Assembly (NCBI RefSeq): GCF_964204645.1
Contig: NC_134027.1
Location: 14,230,485 to 14,294,484, forward strand
From: Tubulanus polymorphus
Lineage: Eukaryota; Animalia; Nemertea
DNA length: 64,000 nt
Reading direction: 5' to 3'
Positions within the stretch are counted from its first letter, which is position 1, and the number at the start of each line of letters is the position of its first letter. The notes below the pieces were generated by a model. It did no database searches, was not told where the DNA came from, and saw only the letters and a program-made list of their open reading frames with translations. This document shows, in pieces, positions 49,800 through 62,359 of this stretch. A program made the translations under genes and the position numbers.

Positions 49800-52700
49800 A
49801 AATAACATAGATCAATGAAAAGGCGGATTAATGTCATGTGTAACAATTACCAGCAGTTTTACAATCAACAAATAAACTAGTTTTATGATTGATAGTTCTA
49901 TGGTCTACTTTTTAAATCTAGATTTCATTAAATCGATCGTAGTTGAGAGTTTGATGTGTTGGTTTCGATTTTGCCATTTTATTGTTATTAGGCGCAGAAA
50001 GCTATTGCTGAAAGTACTCGTTTTATGTTGATCCATACGTGGTTCATTTCTTTGTCTGGTATTATGATCGTGGATGAAAGAGTTGGGTTGGAAAAATTGA
50101 CGAATCCGTTGTTGTAGATTATTATGCGTAAAATTAAAGCCTTGTTTTAAAATTTCAAATTCCAAAATATCCAATTTAAGTATTCTCAGATCTTTGAAAA
50201 GTCGATCCGTTGGTGCATTATATTTTTCACGTGAAATCATTCTTGTGGCTCTTTTCTGCAGTTTAAACAGTCTATTTACATTCGATTTAAGGGTCAATGG
50301 TGCCCATATCATTATACCATACATAAAGTGACAGTGTATATAACTGAAATATAGCATCTTAAGGTAGTATGTGGGTACAATATGTTTGATACTGTTTAAT
50401 AACAAATGTTACTAGAAATCTTATTACATAATTTGTTTACAAAACTATTCCAATTCAAATGTTGATCAATATCGATACCCAAAAATCTAGCAGACGTTGA
50501 TAGTTTCATGTCTTTATCATTTATTCTTATAGTATAGTCCTCATTATTGATTCGATCATTGTTTCTAGGTCTAAAAAGAACAATCTCAGTTTTGTCTATG
50601 TTAAGCGTCAAATTGTTGGCGGTAAACCAGTCATGTAGGATGGTTGGGTCATGACTCAAATCGCATATTGTATTTACAGATTTACCTATCATCTGTACGT
50701 ATCATCTGTAAATTGAATTGATTTACTTTTTTTTCAAATCCAGATGCATATCATTTACATAGATAAGAAATAATAGTGGTCCTAAAACCGATCCCTGAGG
50801 AATTCCATAAGCAATATTATTCGATTCCGACGTTTCGTGTAAAAATGAGATACATATGTATGTCGGTTTGTTAAGTAACTGCAAAACCAATTTAAAGGAA
50901 TACCTCGGATACCATACATGTACAGTTCGTCAATTAAATATTCTATATTCAAACAGTCAAATGCTTTACTGAGGTAAAAAAAGCGGTTAGAGTATAATTA
51001 TCATTTTTAAAACCTTAAATGATTCTACCTATCAGTTCAGTTATAGCATTATTAGTGGAATGTTTAGGTCTGAAACCATACTGACTTTCATATAGGATTG
51101 AATGTTAGGTCAGGTAACCATATAATCGTTTATGAACTAGCTTTTCAATAACTTTACTGATTGAAGGCAACAGTGGTATAGGTTGTTAGTTCGAAAATAT
51201 ATTTTTATCGCCTTTCTTGTATAGAGGGATAACTAAGAAAGTTTTTAGTACATCGGGCAGATGTAAGCTAATGGTTAAGCAGTGATATGGCTCGTAGCTT
51301 TTAGTATAGTATTGTTGATATTGTCGTGCCCACATGAAGTTTTACAATCTAGAGAAGCAATAGTATTATAAACTTCATTTTCGTCCGTAGGAAAAAGAAA
51401 AAAGTTGCTATCACAGTTATGAGGCATGTAATTGAACAATTTCATTGATCTAGGTAATTTCTTAGAGAGATTTTCACCAACAGTACTAAAATATTTACAG
51501 AACTCATTACATATCAGTCGATTATCATTATATAACATTCCATTAATATCAAACTCGTCTGGTGTAGTTGATTTGTCATGTGTTTTATTTACCTAAAATG
51601 ACCTTCATGGTACTCCAAAGTTTACGGCTGTTTGTTTTGAGATTAAGTTTTTTTTTTGCTGTAGTATTACTACTGTTAGGTTTTCTTTTGATACTGTTGT
51701 AAGTGTTCCTATAGCGTATATATGTTAGATATTTCGGATTGGATTTATCTACTCCGATAGCTTTTTCATACAGTTGGCGACACTTGCGTGAACATTTGTT
51801 TAATAGCTATTTTACAGTTTATAGAACTTTCTGGTGCACGTTGCTCTAATACGTTATATATTTCCTTTATTAACAATTCGCATGCTGAATTCTTATCCGA
51901 ATGATATACGTAGGGAAAATTCATTCCTGATAAAGATTCAATAATGTTTTGTAATTTAGAGTTATTCAAATTCCGTGATTTTATTGGGCAGATATTTTTC
52001 TTTTTGGGAGGATTTTAATATATACTAAACACAGAAAGTGATCGGAAATATCTGATATGATGATACAAGAGTAAACCTGTCCTTTTATATTAGTATTGAT
52101 ATAAATATCGTTAATGAGTGTCGCTGTACTTTTGGTGACCCGTGTGGGGCGAATAATAGTCGGATATAATCCGTTAACTAGATTGTTATCCAAGAATTTT
52201 GCCGTATTGGCATGGCTTTCTATTTTGATTAGATCAAGGTTTTTGGGCTGTACCAGTAATTATTGTCTTATTTTCATTTTTCGCTTTACTGATTATGTTA
52301 TTGTAATCATTAATGAATTGCGTTTCATTAGTACCAGGTATTCGGTATATGTCCCCAATAATCATGTTATCATGTTCAATGAATATTAATTCAAACTGCC
52401 TTTGTTTGAAGATATTTAGATCATTTCTTTCTATAAATAACAGCTCATTTTTTTAAAAATGGCTACACCTCCACCGGTCTGACCGTGCCGATGTTGTTCA
52501 ATTAGGCTAAAACCTGGGATGCGACATTTACACTTGTTTCTGTCAGTAATTAAATTTTCACATAACGAAATTATATGTATCTTGCAATTTTGTGATTTAC
52601 AATTAGCTATTAAATTTCGAAGTTGATCGATTTTATCTTCTAGCCCACGTATATTGAACCGTAGAATATTTAGCCCATTCTTTCTAGTGTCGAGACAATT

Positions 52701-52800
52701 GATATTATTAATATCTGTATATGGACAATTATTTGATAGTGGCAGTTCATCTGACACTTCATTTAAGCATCGTTTTTCGTTGTTTAGTATAGTAGTTATT
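49800..52800 (-). mobile_element. Decayed non-LTR retrotransposon ORF2 (APE endonuclease plus RT; CR1/L2-like)
   Basis: FNIRGL, GGGVAIF, PTRVT..TATLI.DI, ISDH, GIPQGSVLGPLLFLIYVND, FTDDT, WF.AN.LTLNIDKT, FLGIDIDQHLNW, LQKRA; many stops. Confidence 0.9.
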
Positions 52801-53459
52801 CATTCTAGTCCATTCTTATTTAACATTTACATTTTTTCATGCAGAAACGTGCTTATGAAACTCAACAGATATCTGTTGTAAATGAGGTTCTAGCAACTTA
52901 AGCGTTTCTCTGGTCACTTTGTGCTGGCAGCTCAACGAACAAGATTTGGCCCTCTAACATTCAAAGTACCAGCAACAACTACTTGAAAATAAACGAAGAT
53001 CATTTTGATTCACTTTCCAAAAATTTCAGGAGAAAATGGCTGTTAACACCTTTTTACAGCCATATACTGACGTTGGTGTTAACACCTAGAGGTTAGTGTT
53101 AGTTGCAATGGAAAACCAATTGAAATTCTCACCAAGATAACACTGCCTTGATATTAAGGTCCGTGTTAGTGTAACACCAATACTACCTAGAACTGGCCAT
53201 ACTAAACACCGTCAGGAACCCACGTGTTATCCTAAACACCTTCAGGAAATTAAAATATAGATTGAATGGATAATGTAATTGTAAAGTTGAGGAGCGTGGC
53301 CCTGCCAGAAAACGAACCGTCCAGGAAGAGTGGGGGTCCTTGAGTTTGGAAGGCAGAAAAGGAAAGCAAATTTGAAAGGACTCTTGAAAATACTAAAATG
53401 TTGTTTATTCACAATCTGAGAAATTTACAAATTAACTCAATATCGCTAGTAGGAAATGC

Positions 53460-55154
53460 AATATCACTAGTAGACAATCTTTAATTATTATGTTAAAAAA
53501 CTTAATTTGAATTATACAGTTTATTGTTAAGCTCATGAATATATCTATGAGTTTTTAAACTCTTTAAATTTTTATATCTTTTATTACATATTTCGCAGCA
53601 TTTAATATTATTAATTCTATCTGAAATATAATTTATGTTTTCTTTTAATTCAGCGTATCTAATTTTACAATTATCATAGAATTCTAACAACTGTTTTATA
53701 GTATAAATTGAGAAAGAAAATAAACCTGAAAGCATAATAATTGATTTAATATTCTGTTGATTTTTAGTTATTAGATGTAATAAGTTTAATACCTTACTTT
53801 CACTCATTTTTATAGTTAAAATATATAAAATAAATTAAATTAAAAGATGCTGTTTTAATCCTACAAATCATTTAAATCAATAACTTTTTTATTGTAATTT
53901 TTTCTGTGATTGTTTCCATTTAACTTCTTTAACTTTTTACTCAATTTTATATTTTCATTCATCAGATATTTACTGATATTTTCATAGTAAAAGTATAATG
54001 CAGCCAATATTAACCCTCCTGCTACACGATAATGTTTCAAATCACTTTTTCCAATTGGAATGCTGAAACCATCCATTTATTTAAGAAAAAAATAAAAGTA
54101 ATTTGATATATCTTATTTTGAATATGAATATTTAGAGTTGAATTATTATTTTTGAGTTATGATATTTCTATTTAAGATGGTGTGATTTATTGCTTCGAGT
54201 ATATTATTTTCCACAATTAATTACATAACACTTTTTCATTAGGTTCATATTTAGGCGTAACAATTTCATTATCCAAGTTATATTGAGTTCCCACATCTTT
54301 GAATAATTTTTCATTATCTAAATCACATTGTATACCAATATTTGATGAATTTTCATTATACATAATTTGTTTATTATTAAAATTAAAATAATATACTTGT
54401 CTTTTTTCAATTCTTAAGTTAATCAAATCATTATAATCTTTTGAAAGTATCAAATCATCATTTCTTTCATTGAAAGGAGTTTGAAGTATATTTACTATGT
54501 TTTCATCTAAAGTTCCTTTATAATTTAAAACTGTATTGAATATTTTAGGATTTTTAATGCCATTATCAAAAGTATCTACTAGTTCAGTAATTAAATATGT
54601 TTCATTTGATGATATTTGATTAATTATAGTAATATTTTCAATTTTATAATGTCTTGCAGACACTAAATTTGTTGCTGAAATATAATTTCTAATGTTAAAC
54701 TGTGAAAATAATTTATTGGCTTCATTGATTTCGATTTTGAAGTTGGGTTCGTCTTCTTCTTTCTTCATTTTAATAACAAAACTTTTATTAAAACTCATTC
54801 AAATATAAATATTCAATGATTTAAATATGAATTATTTCACTCACACTTTACTCACACTTTTTATGCTTGAAAATAAGAATTTAACTCATATAAATATAGA
54901 TATTCACTGTTTTGAATATGAATTTTTTTACTCGTTAATTACTCACACTTTTTATGTTAAAAATTGATTTTTTATCACTCGAAATCTATATTTGATCTTA
55001 TTTTTCTAGATTATTATGCTAACATTTTACTCTCACTTTTTAAACATGAATATTTTAAGAATAAATGGGAATATGTTGTTTCAAGTTAAAGGTTGCATTT
55101 TCTACTCACTCGACCTCTCAACCTTTGGCTTGAAACAACATATTCCCATTTACT
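53460..55154 (-). mobile_element. Truncated second Polinton-like element end (three AT-rich ORFs plus hairpin terminus)
   Basis: ORFs 54217-54798, 53861-54076 (TAAATG start) and 53502-53807 (C2H2). Terminus 55060-55154 folds back on itself and ends in ACT; the CATGAATATTTTAAGA context is shared with 22334-22349. Confidence 0.7.
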
Positions 55155-56367
55155 GTGATTCACAGATGTTGGAAGTAAAAGCCTCTCTGAGCAAAAGGTT
55201 TAAAATGAAAGACCTAGGTGAGTTGGTTTCTGGGTATAGAATTCAATGTAAATAATGACTGTATTCAGCTTACTCAGAAACAGTACCTACTAAAAGTGTT
55301 TGAGAGGTTTCGCATGAGTGAATGTAAACCTAGGTCCACCCCATCAGACCTGAAACTAGAATTTGATTCCGAATCTGAGCCATGTGATCAAAAGTCGTAT
55401 AGACAAGCTGTGGGAAGCCTCATATACGCGATGACGTGTACGAGACCTGATCTGTGTTGGATCGTGACCATGTTGTCTCAGTATTTATCTAAACCTACGC
55501 AACAACACTGGACAGCCATCAAACATGTATTTAGATATATATAAAAGGTACTATTGATTATGCTTTCGAAAATCATCCGAAAGTCTTAGGGTCATAGGTT
55601 TTTCGGATGCAGACTGGGGGTTTGGCTCATGATCGACGTAGTATCAGTTTTGCTCTATCAGTACGGTTTTGCTCTATCAGAAAATGGCACCGTTACATCA
55701 CGGAAAAGCAGAAAGCAAGCAAGTGTAGCTCTGTCTACCTGTGAGGCAGAGTACATGGCCTTATCCCTGGCCGCACAAGAGAGTATCTATCTCTTGTTAA
55801 TTTCTAAAAGAAATTGACCCTGAAGAAAATTATTACCCTTCAACTTTGTATGAAGACAATCAAGGTACCATTGGTCTGGTGAAAAGTCCCGTAAACCACC
55901 AAAGGAGTAAACATATATGTATATATTAGGTATATAACATATATAGGTATCACTTTATTAGGTCCGAGTATGCAATGGAAAAATTGAAATATTGTATAAA
56001 CCAACAGAATGTACGATTGCAGATATGTTTACGAAAGCTGTATCAAAAGTTAAATTGAATCAATTTTGCGAATTTCTATTTGCCTAAAATGGAACGACTG
56101 TACCACACAATACGACTGAACGTATACACTTAATCAAGTGGGGGTGTTGATATATCATGTGATCAAGTGTAAAGGGCGCCTAAGGATAGAGGATTATCTG
56201 AAAAGATGTCTTTAACATCTGACACTGATCACTATCTGACGTAGATTCGTTTGTTTTTATTCCTCTTTAGGCGATGCAGTTATCAAATACATGGATATGA
56301 ATTTGAATCTTTTAACTTGGGAATTTCTCGATGTTACTTGATGGATGTTATTTTCTAAAATCTAACA
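55155..56367 (+). mobile_element. Ty1/Copia 3' fragment (RT, RNase H) with PPT and 3' LTR (56145-56367)
   Basis: FKMKDLG, YRQAVGSLIYAMTCTRPDL, FSDADWG, VALSTCEAEYMAL, EDNQG, RSKHI, IADMFTKA; AAGTGGGGG then TGTTGA...CTAACA. Confidence 0.88.
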
Positions 56368-57411
56368 TATAATAAAACAGCACTTTTTCTCATGCATGCT
56401 CCTTTTTAAGTCTTGGTGAATTCTTACCTCGCAGAACAAAGCATCGGTCCGTCCCCATATTAGTCTAACCATTAGATGTCTAATCAATTTTTTCAACCTA
56501 ACGTAATTCTTATCTGTGTACTGGTTAATAGTCAGGTGAGCAACAAGACAATTGGTCTTTCATATTTTTGATGTGAAACAGATTTTACTTAGTCTTGCCT
56601 GCATTGGATCATAAGGTGACTCCAAAAACCTTTCTCTCCAGGGTCCAGTACAGGCGAACATTTCTGGTATCATTTTCACACCGGGGACAGTGAACTGATC
56701 ATATTAGTTCAGTTATTCTATCAATTGCTCGTGCTATTTAAATAGAATCATTGTATTGAGGGCTGGGGCCATTTAAATCTTCTGTCTCGGCCCTCGTGCA
56801 TTTTCCCGCAGTTGCGGATCCAGGGCCATTCCATGACTACAGCACTGAGAAATAAAAAGGGCACCAACTTTGATTAAATTTTCGGTGAAATTGACTAGCG
56901 ATTGATTGCATGTGGAAATGTTCATTCCTCCAAGATATTAGATGAATGATATTTCCTAGCCCAAATTTTTGGCTCAATGAGCAGTGGCCTTTTTCTCCTT
57001 TTCAGTGATTTAAAGTGCTTTGGGCTCCTGGTCTATTTAAATAAGCACAATCTACGCTAATTGCTGGGCAGCATATGTAGTGGAGTTTCAGACAGGTTCA
57101 GGGGGCAGATCAAAGATAAATGTCTAGAGATGCATGATAGATAGCATGATAACCGGGGAAGTGGAAGTCAAGTAGACCTCAGGACCCAGTTTCATAATTC
57201 TATGTAAAGAAGTTTCATAATTCTATGTAAAGATGTAAAAACAATAAATGCTTAAGAGAGCTATTTTCAGTTGCGGAGTCCAGAACATATGATTATAGTG
57301 CGCAATACTACACTTGTGCTCAAAAAGAACTAAACGCTACACGAGTTCCTTGCGAATTGAGTTGATATATGGTATATCAAGGTGATTTACTATGTTTTAA
57401 ATGTTTTTTAG

Positions 57412-57572
57412 CCACTGGTGATGCATCTAGCTTGTGTGAATTTGCATATGTCATTGGAAGAAGCACTGGTAGCTTCAACTTTAAATGCTGCAGCCTCTTT
57501 GAAGAAATCACACACACATGGATCAATTGAAATAGGAAAATATGCCGATTTGATAGTTTTGGATGCACCTAG
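57412..57572 (+). CDS. AMDHD1: Imidazolonepropionase penultimate exon
   Basis: tttttag acceptor; PLVMHLACVNLHMSLEEALVASTLNAAASLKKSHTHGSIEIGKYADLIVLDAP(R); GTAAG donor at 57573. Continues in frame from the exon at 3506-3724. Confidence 0.95.
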
Positions 57573-57657
57573 GTAAGTTTTTACATATCTCCTCAACAAC
57601 CAACCGAATTGTAAAATTTATATTACTAAATTTAATCTAATCATACTAATTTTGTAG

Positions 57658-57739
57658 ATGGGAACATTTGGTTTACCAAATGGGTGAACAAGACCGTGTG
57701 ATAAAACATGTGATCAAATCTGGAGACGTAGTTTTTTGA
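57658..57739 (+). CDS. AMDHD1: Imidazolonepropionase last coding exon
   Basis: tttgtag acceptor, phase-2 join giving R-WEHLVYQMGEQDRVIKHVIKSGDVVF-TGA, typical AMDHD1 C-terminus. Confidence 0.93.
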
Positions 57740-57838
57740 AGAATAGTAAATTAATGGAAGAGACTACTTCAGAATAGAAAAACTGAAAATCTAAATCTAT
57801 GTTGATGTTGGTTGGTGAATACAGAGTTCATAGTATTA

Positions 57839-58001
57839 CAGTGGAACCTCGGTACTGGATCAGAAAATATGTTTGTTATAATCGATAGTTCAGTATATCC
57901 AGTATGAAATCAATTAAAATTCTCTTACTTGGGACTCACTTTTATATTTGTTATATCCGATGAATTGTAGTATCTGAGCTCATTATAACGAGGTTCTACT
58001 G
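57839..58001. mobile_element. Tc1/mariner-pogo-like MITE just downstream of the AMDHD1 stop
   Basis: TA|CAGTGGAACCTCG ... CGAGGTTCTACTG|TA. Confidence 0.75.
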
Positions 58002-59839
58002 TATTGCGTTTCTAGAAATAAAAAAAGAAACATCCAAATTTCAATGTAAGGCCAAATCAAAGTTTATGTGTATTGACAATCTCCTAGATTTTTTGTAGGT
58101 TGGTAGGAAAATTATATTATTTTTTTCAAAAATATTTTATTCAAAAATGAATGGGAAACATACTAATACCATAACACAAAATTCAATAACTTGAAAGTTT
58201 ATTAATGACTGAGAAAAATACGTATTGCATAATTTTATCTACAATGAATTAGATATAAATGATATAATATGAAAGATCAATAAAATTATTTTGAATTTCA
58301 AATTTGAGTATATTAATTATTGAATTGATTTACCAGGCAACCAGTCTAGTCTTGATATACTGGTGACCTTGTCCACAATCAAAAAGATGTTAATCAAATG
58401 ATATGCAAATTTATAAAAAGATATAAAAAAAGAATAGCAGCGATGACGGGTTTTCTGCAAAGCCATTCAGGATGATGGGAATTGTAGAAAATTTGAATAT
58501 CGATACATAGAATAAAATGCATTGGCAGATTCGAACCTAATATGCAACCACTGTGTAAACGTCCAATGTGATTCAGCTTTGAAACCGAACTTATGCGGAT
58601 GTACAATCAATAGAAATGAATTGCGTTCAAGCAAAGGCCTAAAAAGTCTTTAGCTAAAACTTGAACTCTATTGTAAATTCTGGGGGCTGGAAGTAGATAT
58701 CCCTAAATCGTGTATTGTTGGATTTAACAAAGCAGGTAAATTAGACTGCACAAATAGCTACATTTTTAAAGATTATGTTATAGATTGTGTTAAAAGTTGC
58801 AATTATCTGCGTTTGAACATCTAGGAATGGCAAATTTAATCTGCTACAAGACTCAATGTTGAGTAAGGGTTTAAGAGGGCTTTTCAATTTAATCAAAATG
58901 CCATCAAGGATTTATGTATTTTACAACAACTACACCTTTTTAATAGTAAAATTGCTGGCGTTTGCAGACGTATTCAATCCGAGTATAGACGGATTTACCG
59001 TGTTCAGTCGTATTTGTCGTAATTATATTATTCCTGCTAGAAATGTAATTTCCGTTTTTTTGTAGCTACTTATCCTTCAAAATACGGAAAATTTCCGGGT
59101 GGAAGAGGGCTTGCAACTTTTACAAATTCCAGATATAGGAGGAAAAATCCGTTAAAATACGGAATTATGTAATCCGAATACTTGGGAAAAACACATCCAA
59201 CTGCAGAAGTCCAAAATCCTTGAAAATTCATCATTGATTCTGAAGCATTTCAAAGATCGACGTTAACTTAACCGATCAGAATGAAATCCGATTCAGAATA
59301 ACCATCATTCAAAATCACCTGGATGAAGCAGACATCGTTCATCCAACAATTTAACTCATGTTGTGAATTAAATTCTTTAAAACAAAATATATTTCCCCAT
59401 TAAACAATTACACCCGTACAATGTAAAGTAACAAAAATAACTTGCCAAAAACCAACTTAAGAAGTGATTTTCAAATTTCTACAAAATTTTAAATTCAGAT
59501 ATTAGAATAATTATTGGTCCACCTTATTTACTTACTTCAAATTTACTTACTTCAATACCAGTTATTATCAAGTGTTGACTAAACGTTCGTTAAAATGCCA
59601 AGAAAATGTATTAAAATATTTGCTAAATAACCAGTATCTCAACCATCACACCTCTCAATTATCACACTTAAACATAAAGACACATGTGAATTTTTGAGAT
59701 GAAATTATCAATTAATCCTTGAAATTAATGATCTTAAAGATTACTTATTAATTGTTATTCGGTTATCCACGAAGATAGGTAACAGTACATAAAAATCCCT
59801 TTCATGGATCCTAAAGGAGCATAATGGATCCTAAATATG

Positions 59840-62355
59840 ATTAGCTAAAGCTTTAGCCAGTCGCATGACCTTCCCAGGTGTTTTCGTCCTATCATCATGG
59901 TACTTCACCATGAACCTGAAATAGAAATAGCAGAAGTCAAATTAACTAATTGCTTTGCTGTAGCCAGTTTGGTTTTGACTTTCATTTTGAATCCCGGAGA
60001 TGCCTGGAATGTTCAAGTAAGACAAGCTCCTTGACAACTTTCCACACAGGATAATGAGTATCCATATGAAATCAGAATACAATGTACAACAATAATACAA
60101 TATGTAAATACTAACTCTAGTCAAACACCTTAGGCTTGAATATAAGGTCCAATGACAATGTTAATATTGCTAAAATATGATTTTTTCTCATGGTTAGAAC
60201 AGCACAGCCACTATGAAAGAATTATAATCCAGCTTATTCATTATCTTATTCCTAATACATTCAAAGTGAACTGTATGTAATGGCACAGCATACATACCTC
60301 TGAAAGAATTCAAATGAGTTGGTCAGCTTCGGATCGTACTTAATATCGAAATTCAAATACGTTATAAACATTGCTTTAACTGCATCTGTTATATTCGCCA
60401 CCTCCATCAAGGGAAATTATGTATCTAGCATCATCTGAAAAGGTATTGTTTCGTTATCAATGACATTCTAAATACAGTCTCTGAACAGTTAAGAGTATCT
60501 AGTGGTAACAGGTAAAAATATCACCGGTAAATATCCCCCGGTAAAATCTCCCCCCCCCCCTCTGTCAAACTAGTGTATACAAACTAGATAAAACCTTTAT
60601 TTCATATTTTTTCATTACTTTTAAACTATATTTCTTATAGAAAGTGACCACTAGGAGTGGTCTCTTTCTATAAAGACCGGGGGGATTTTTACCTACATTC
60701 GGACCTAATTGTTCCATCACAGTTGATCTAGAATTTATACCAATGTAGGCCAAAGTGTTTAAAAAGCGCGGTTACATTATAGGTATATATTATTATAAAT
60801 TGATTGAAAATTATTACAAATTGATTGAAACTGTCTACTTACTTCCTTCCCCAACACTTATTATAACCGGGGTTTTTGGTAGTACCTGAGAACCTAGCTC
60901 AGCCTGGAAATAGATTGTGAAATGAATTCATAGGATGAAAAATCAATTACCCAAAATTAGTATTGGTACTGGTATAGTTTGTGACAGCTATTTTAATCAT
61001 TCATTTTATTTCAATGAACATGTGAAATGTTTTCTTACCTCGGATACTATTATACTTTCTGTAGGTTCTTTGAAGTAATCCCCTAACATCTTGAAAGAAC
61101 TTTCTGTGCCCGTTATCTCATATCTTCTGTCACTAACTGCTTCCAGATATTTTTTCAATTCATTACATCTACTGTCAATATTTTGCTCAAATGCATCTAA
61201 CTTTATCCCGGTAAGGACTTCCGTAAACAAAGCATAGTATGGCAGCTCAAAGAAATGAGGCTATTCAATCTTAATAGCTTGAACGCTGGCATGGTCACAA
61301 CGGATCTGAGAAAAAATCGCCGAATAACACTTTGTTATCATGTTTTCTATTTCTGACGAATGCCTTCCACCTGCTTTGTATATTTCCTGTAGTTTATCTT
61401 AAAAGTTCGCAATTGAAGCACTATCGGTCTTAGCAAATTTATAACTGCTAGGCTTGTCACCGTCATCACTTTTCCGTTTACGTGAATTCGAGGAATTAGT
61501 TTTGACTCGAGTGTCTTGATCTCGTTGATTCTCAAACGAACTAATAAGCCCAACCACACCGGTAGATATAAGTTGATCCCCCAGACAAAATTTAAATGCA
61601 CTTGGGTACTTGGATGTTAATAATTCTGCTACCGCTCTAAACTCACTTCTACCCGGCTTCTCAACTGCTTTCAAATATTCATAAGTGATTCTCACTAATA
61701 AACTTCGAAACTTAGTTTGCAGTCTATCCCTAAGCCCTTCTGGAAATTTTTCAAATGGATCCAAATTTCTCAGATTTCCCTCTCTAGTAGCAGGCTCCTT
61801 ACTAAAGGAGCTGGATTGTGAACTCAATATTAATGTGCTCTGCAAAGAAGCACTCTTACAAATAAAATATAGAAAAAGTACCGGTATATTATTTCTAATG
61901 TGGTACTGGATGATCATTATGGGCCCTCGGGGTGAAACTTTTGAAAAATATGGTCTCGGCATTAGCAAGAGAAAGATACAAGTGGTGTAACTCATGTAAG
62001 TGTATGATACATGTAACTTTATAATTTTCTTGCAAAAATATCTGTAGGACCCCTGGATGTGGGCAACTTATTTTCATACATCAACAAATGGAAATCCCCA
62101 AGCATGGTGAATTTAACACAGGCAATTTTCATTACATTTTCAGTTATAAAAATAAAGAAAATTAACAGAAAAAAAATATTTTGAATACCAAAGAGTTAAG
62201 TCTGGCTAACCTTCGTTTAGCAGTTTGACATTAAAACATGATCCCGGCAAACACATAGGAAATACATCTTCATCAACCTCACACTCATCTTTCGTTAATA
62301 GAACGAATTCATCTGGACTCAAACCAATCTTATTAGACACTATAAGAGATGAGAA
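59840..62355 (-). pseudogene. Spliced, decayed SAMD3-like transposon-associated accessory gene
   Basis: Fragments LLTKDECEVDEDVF, KPGRSEFRAVAELLTSKYPSAF...G..GLISSFEN, ELPYYALF, AMFITYLNFDIKYDPKLTNSFEFFQR; GT-AG junctions; truncated by the repeat at 62360. Confidence 0.5.
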
Positions 62356-62359
62356 CTTC

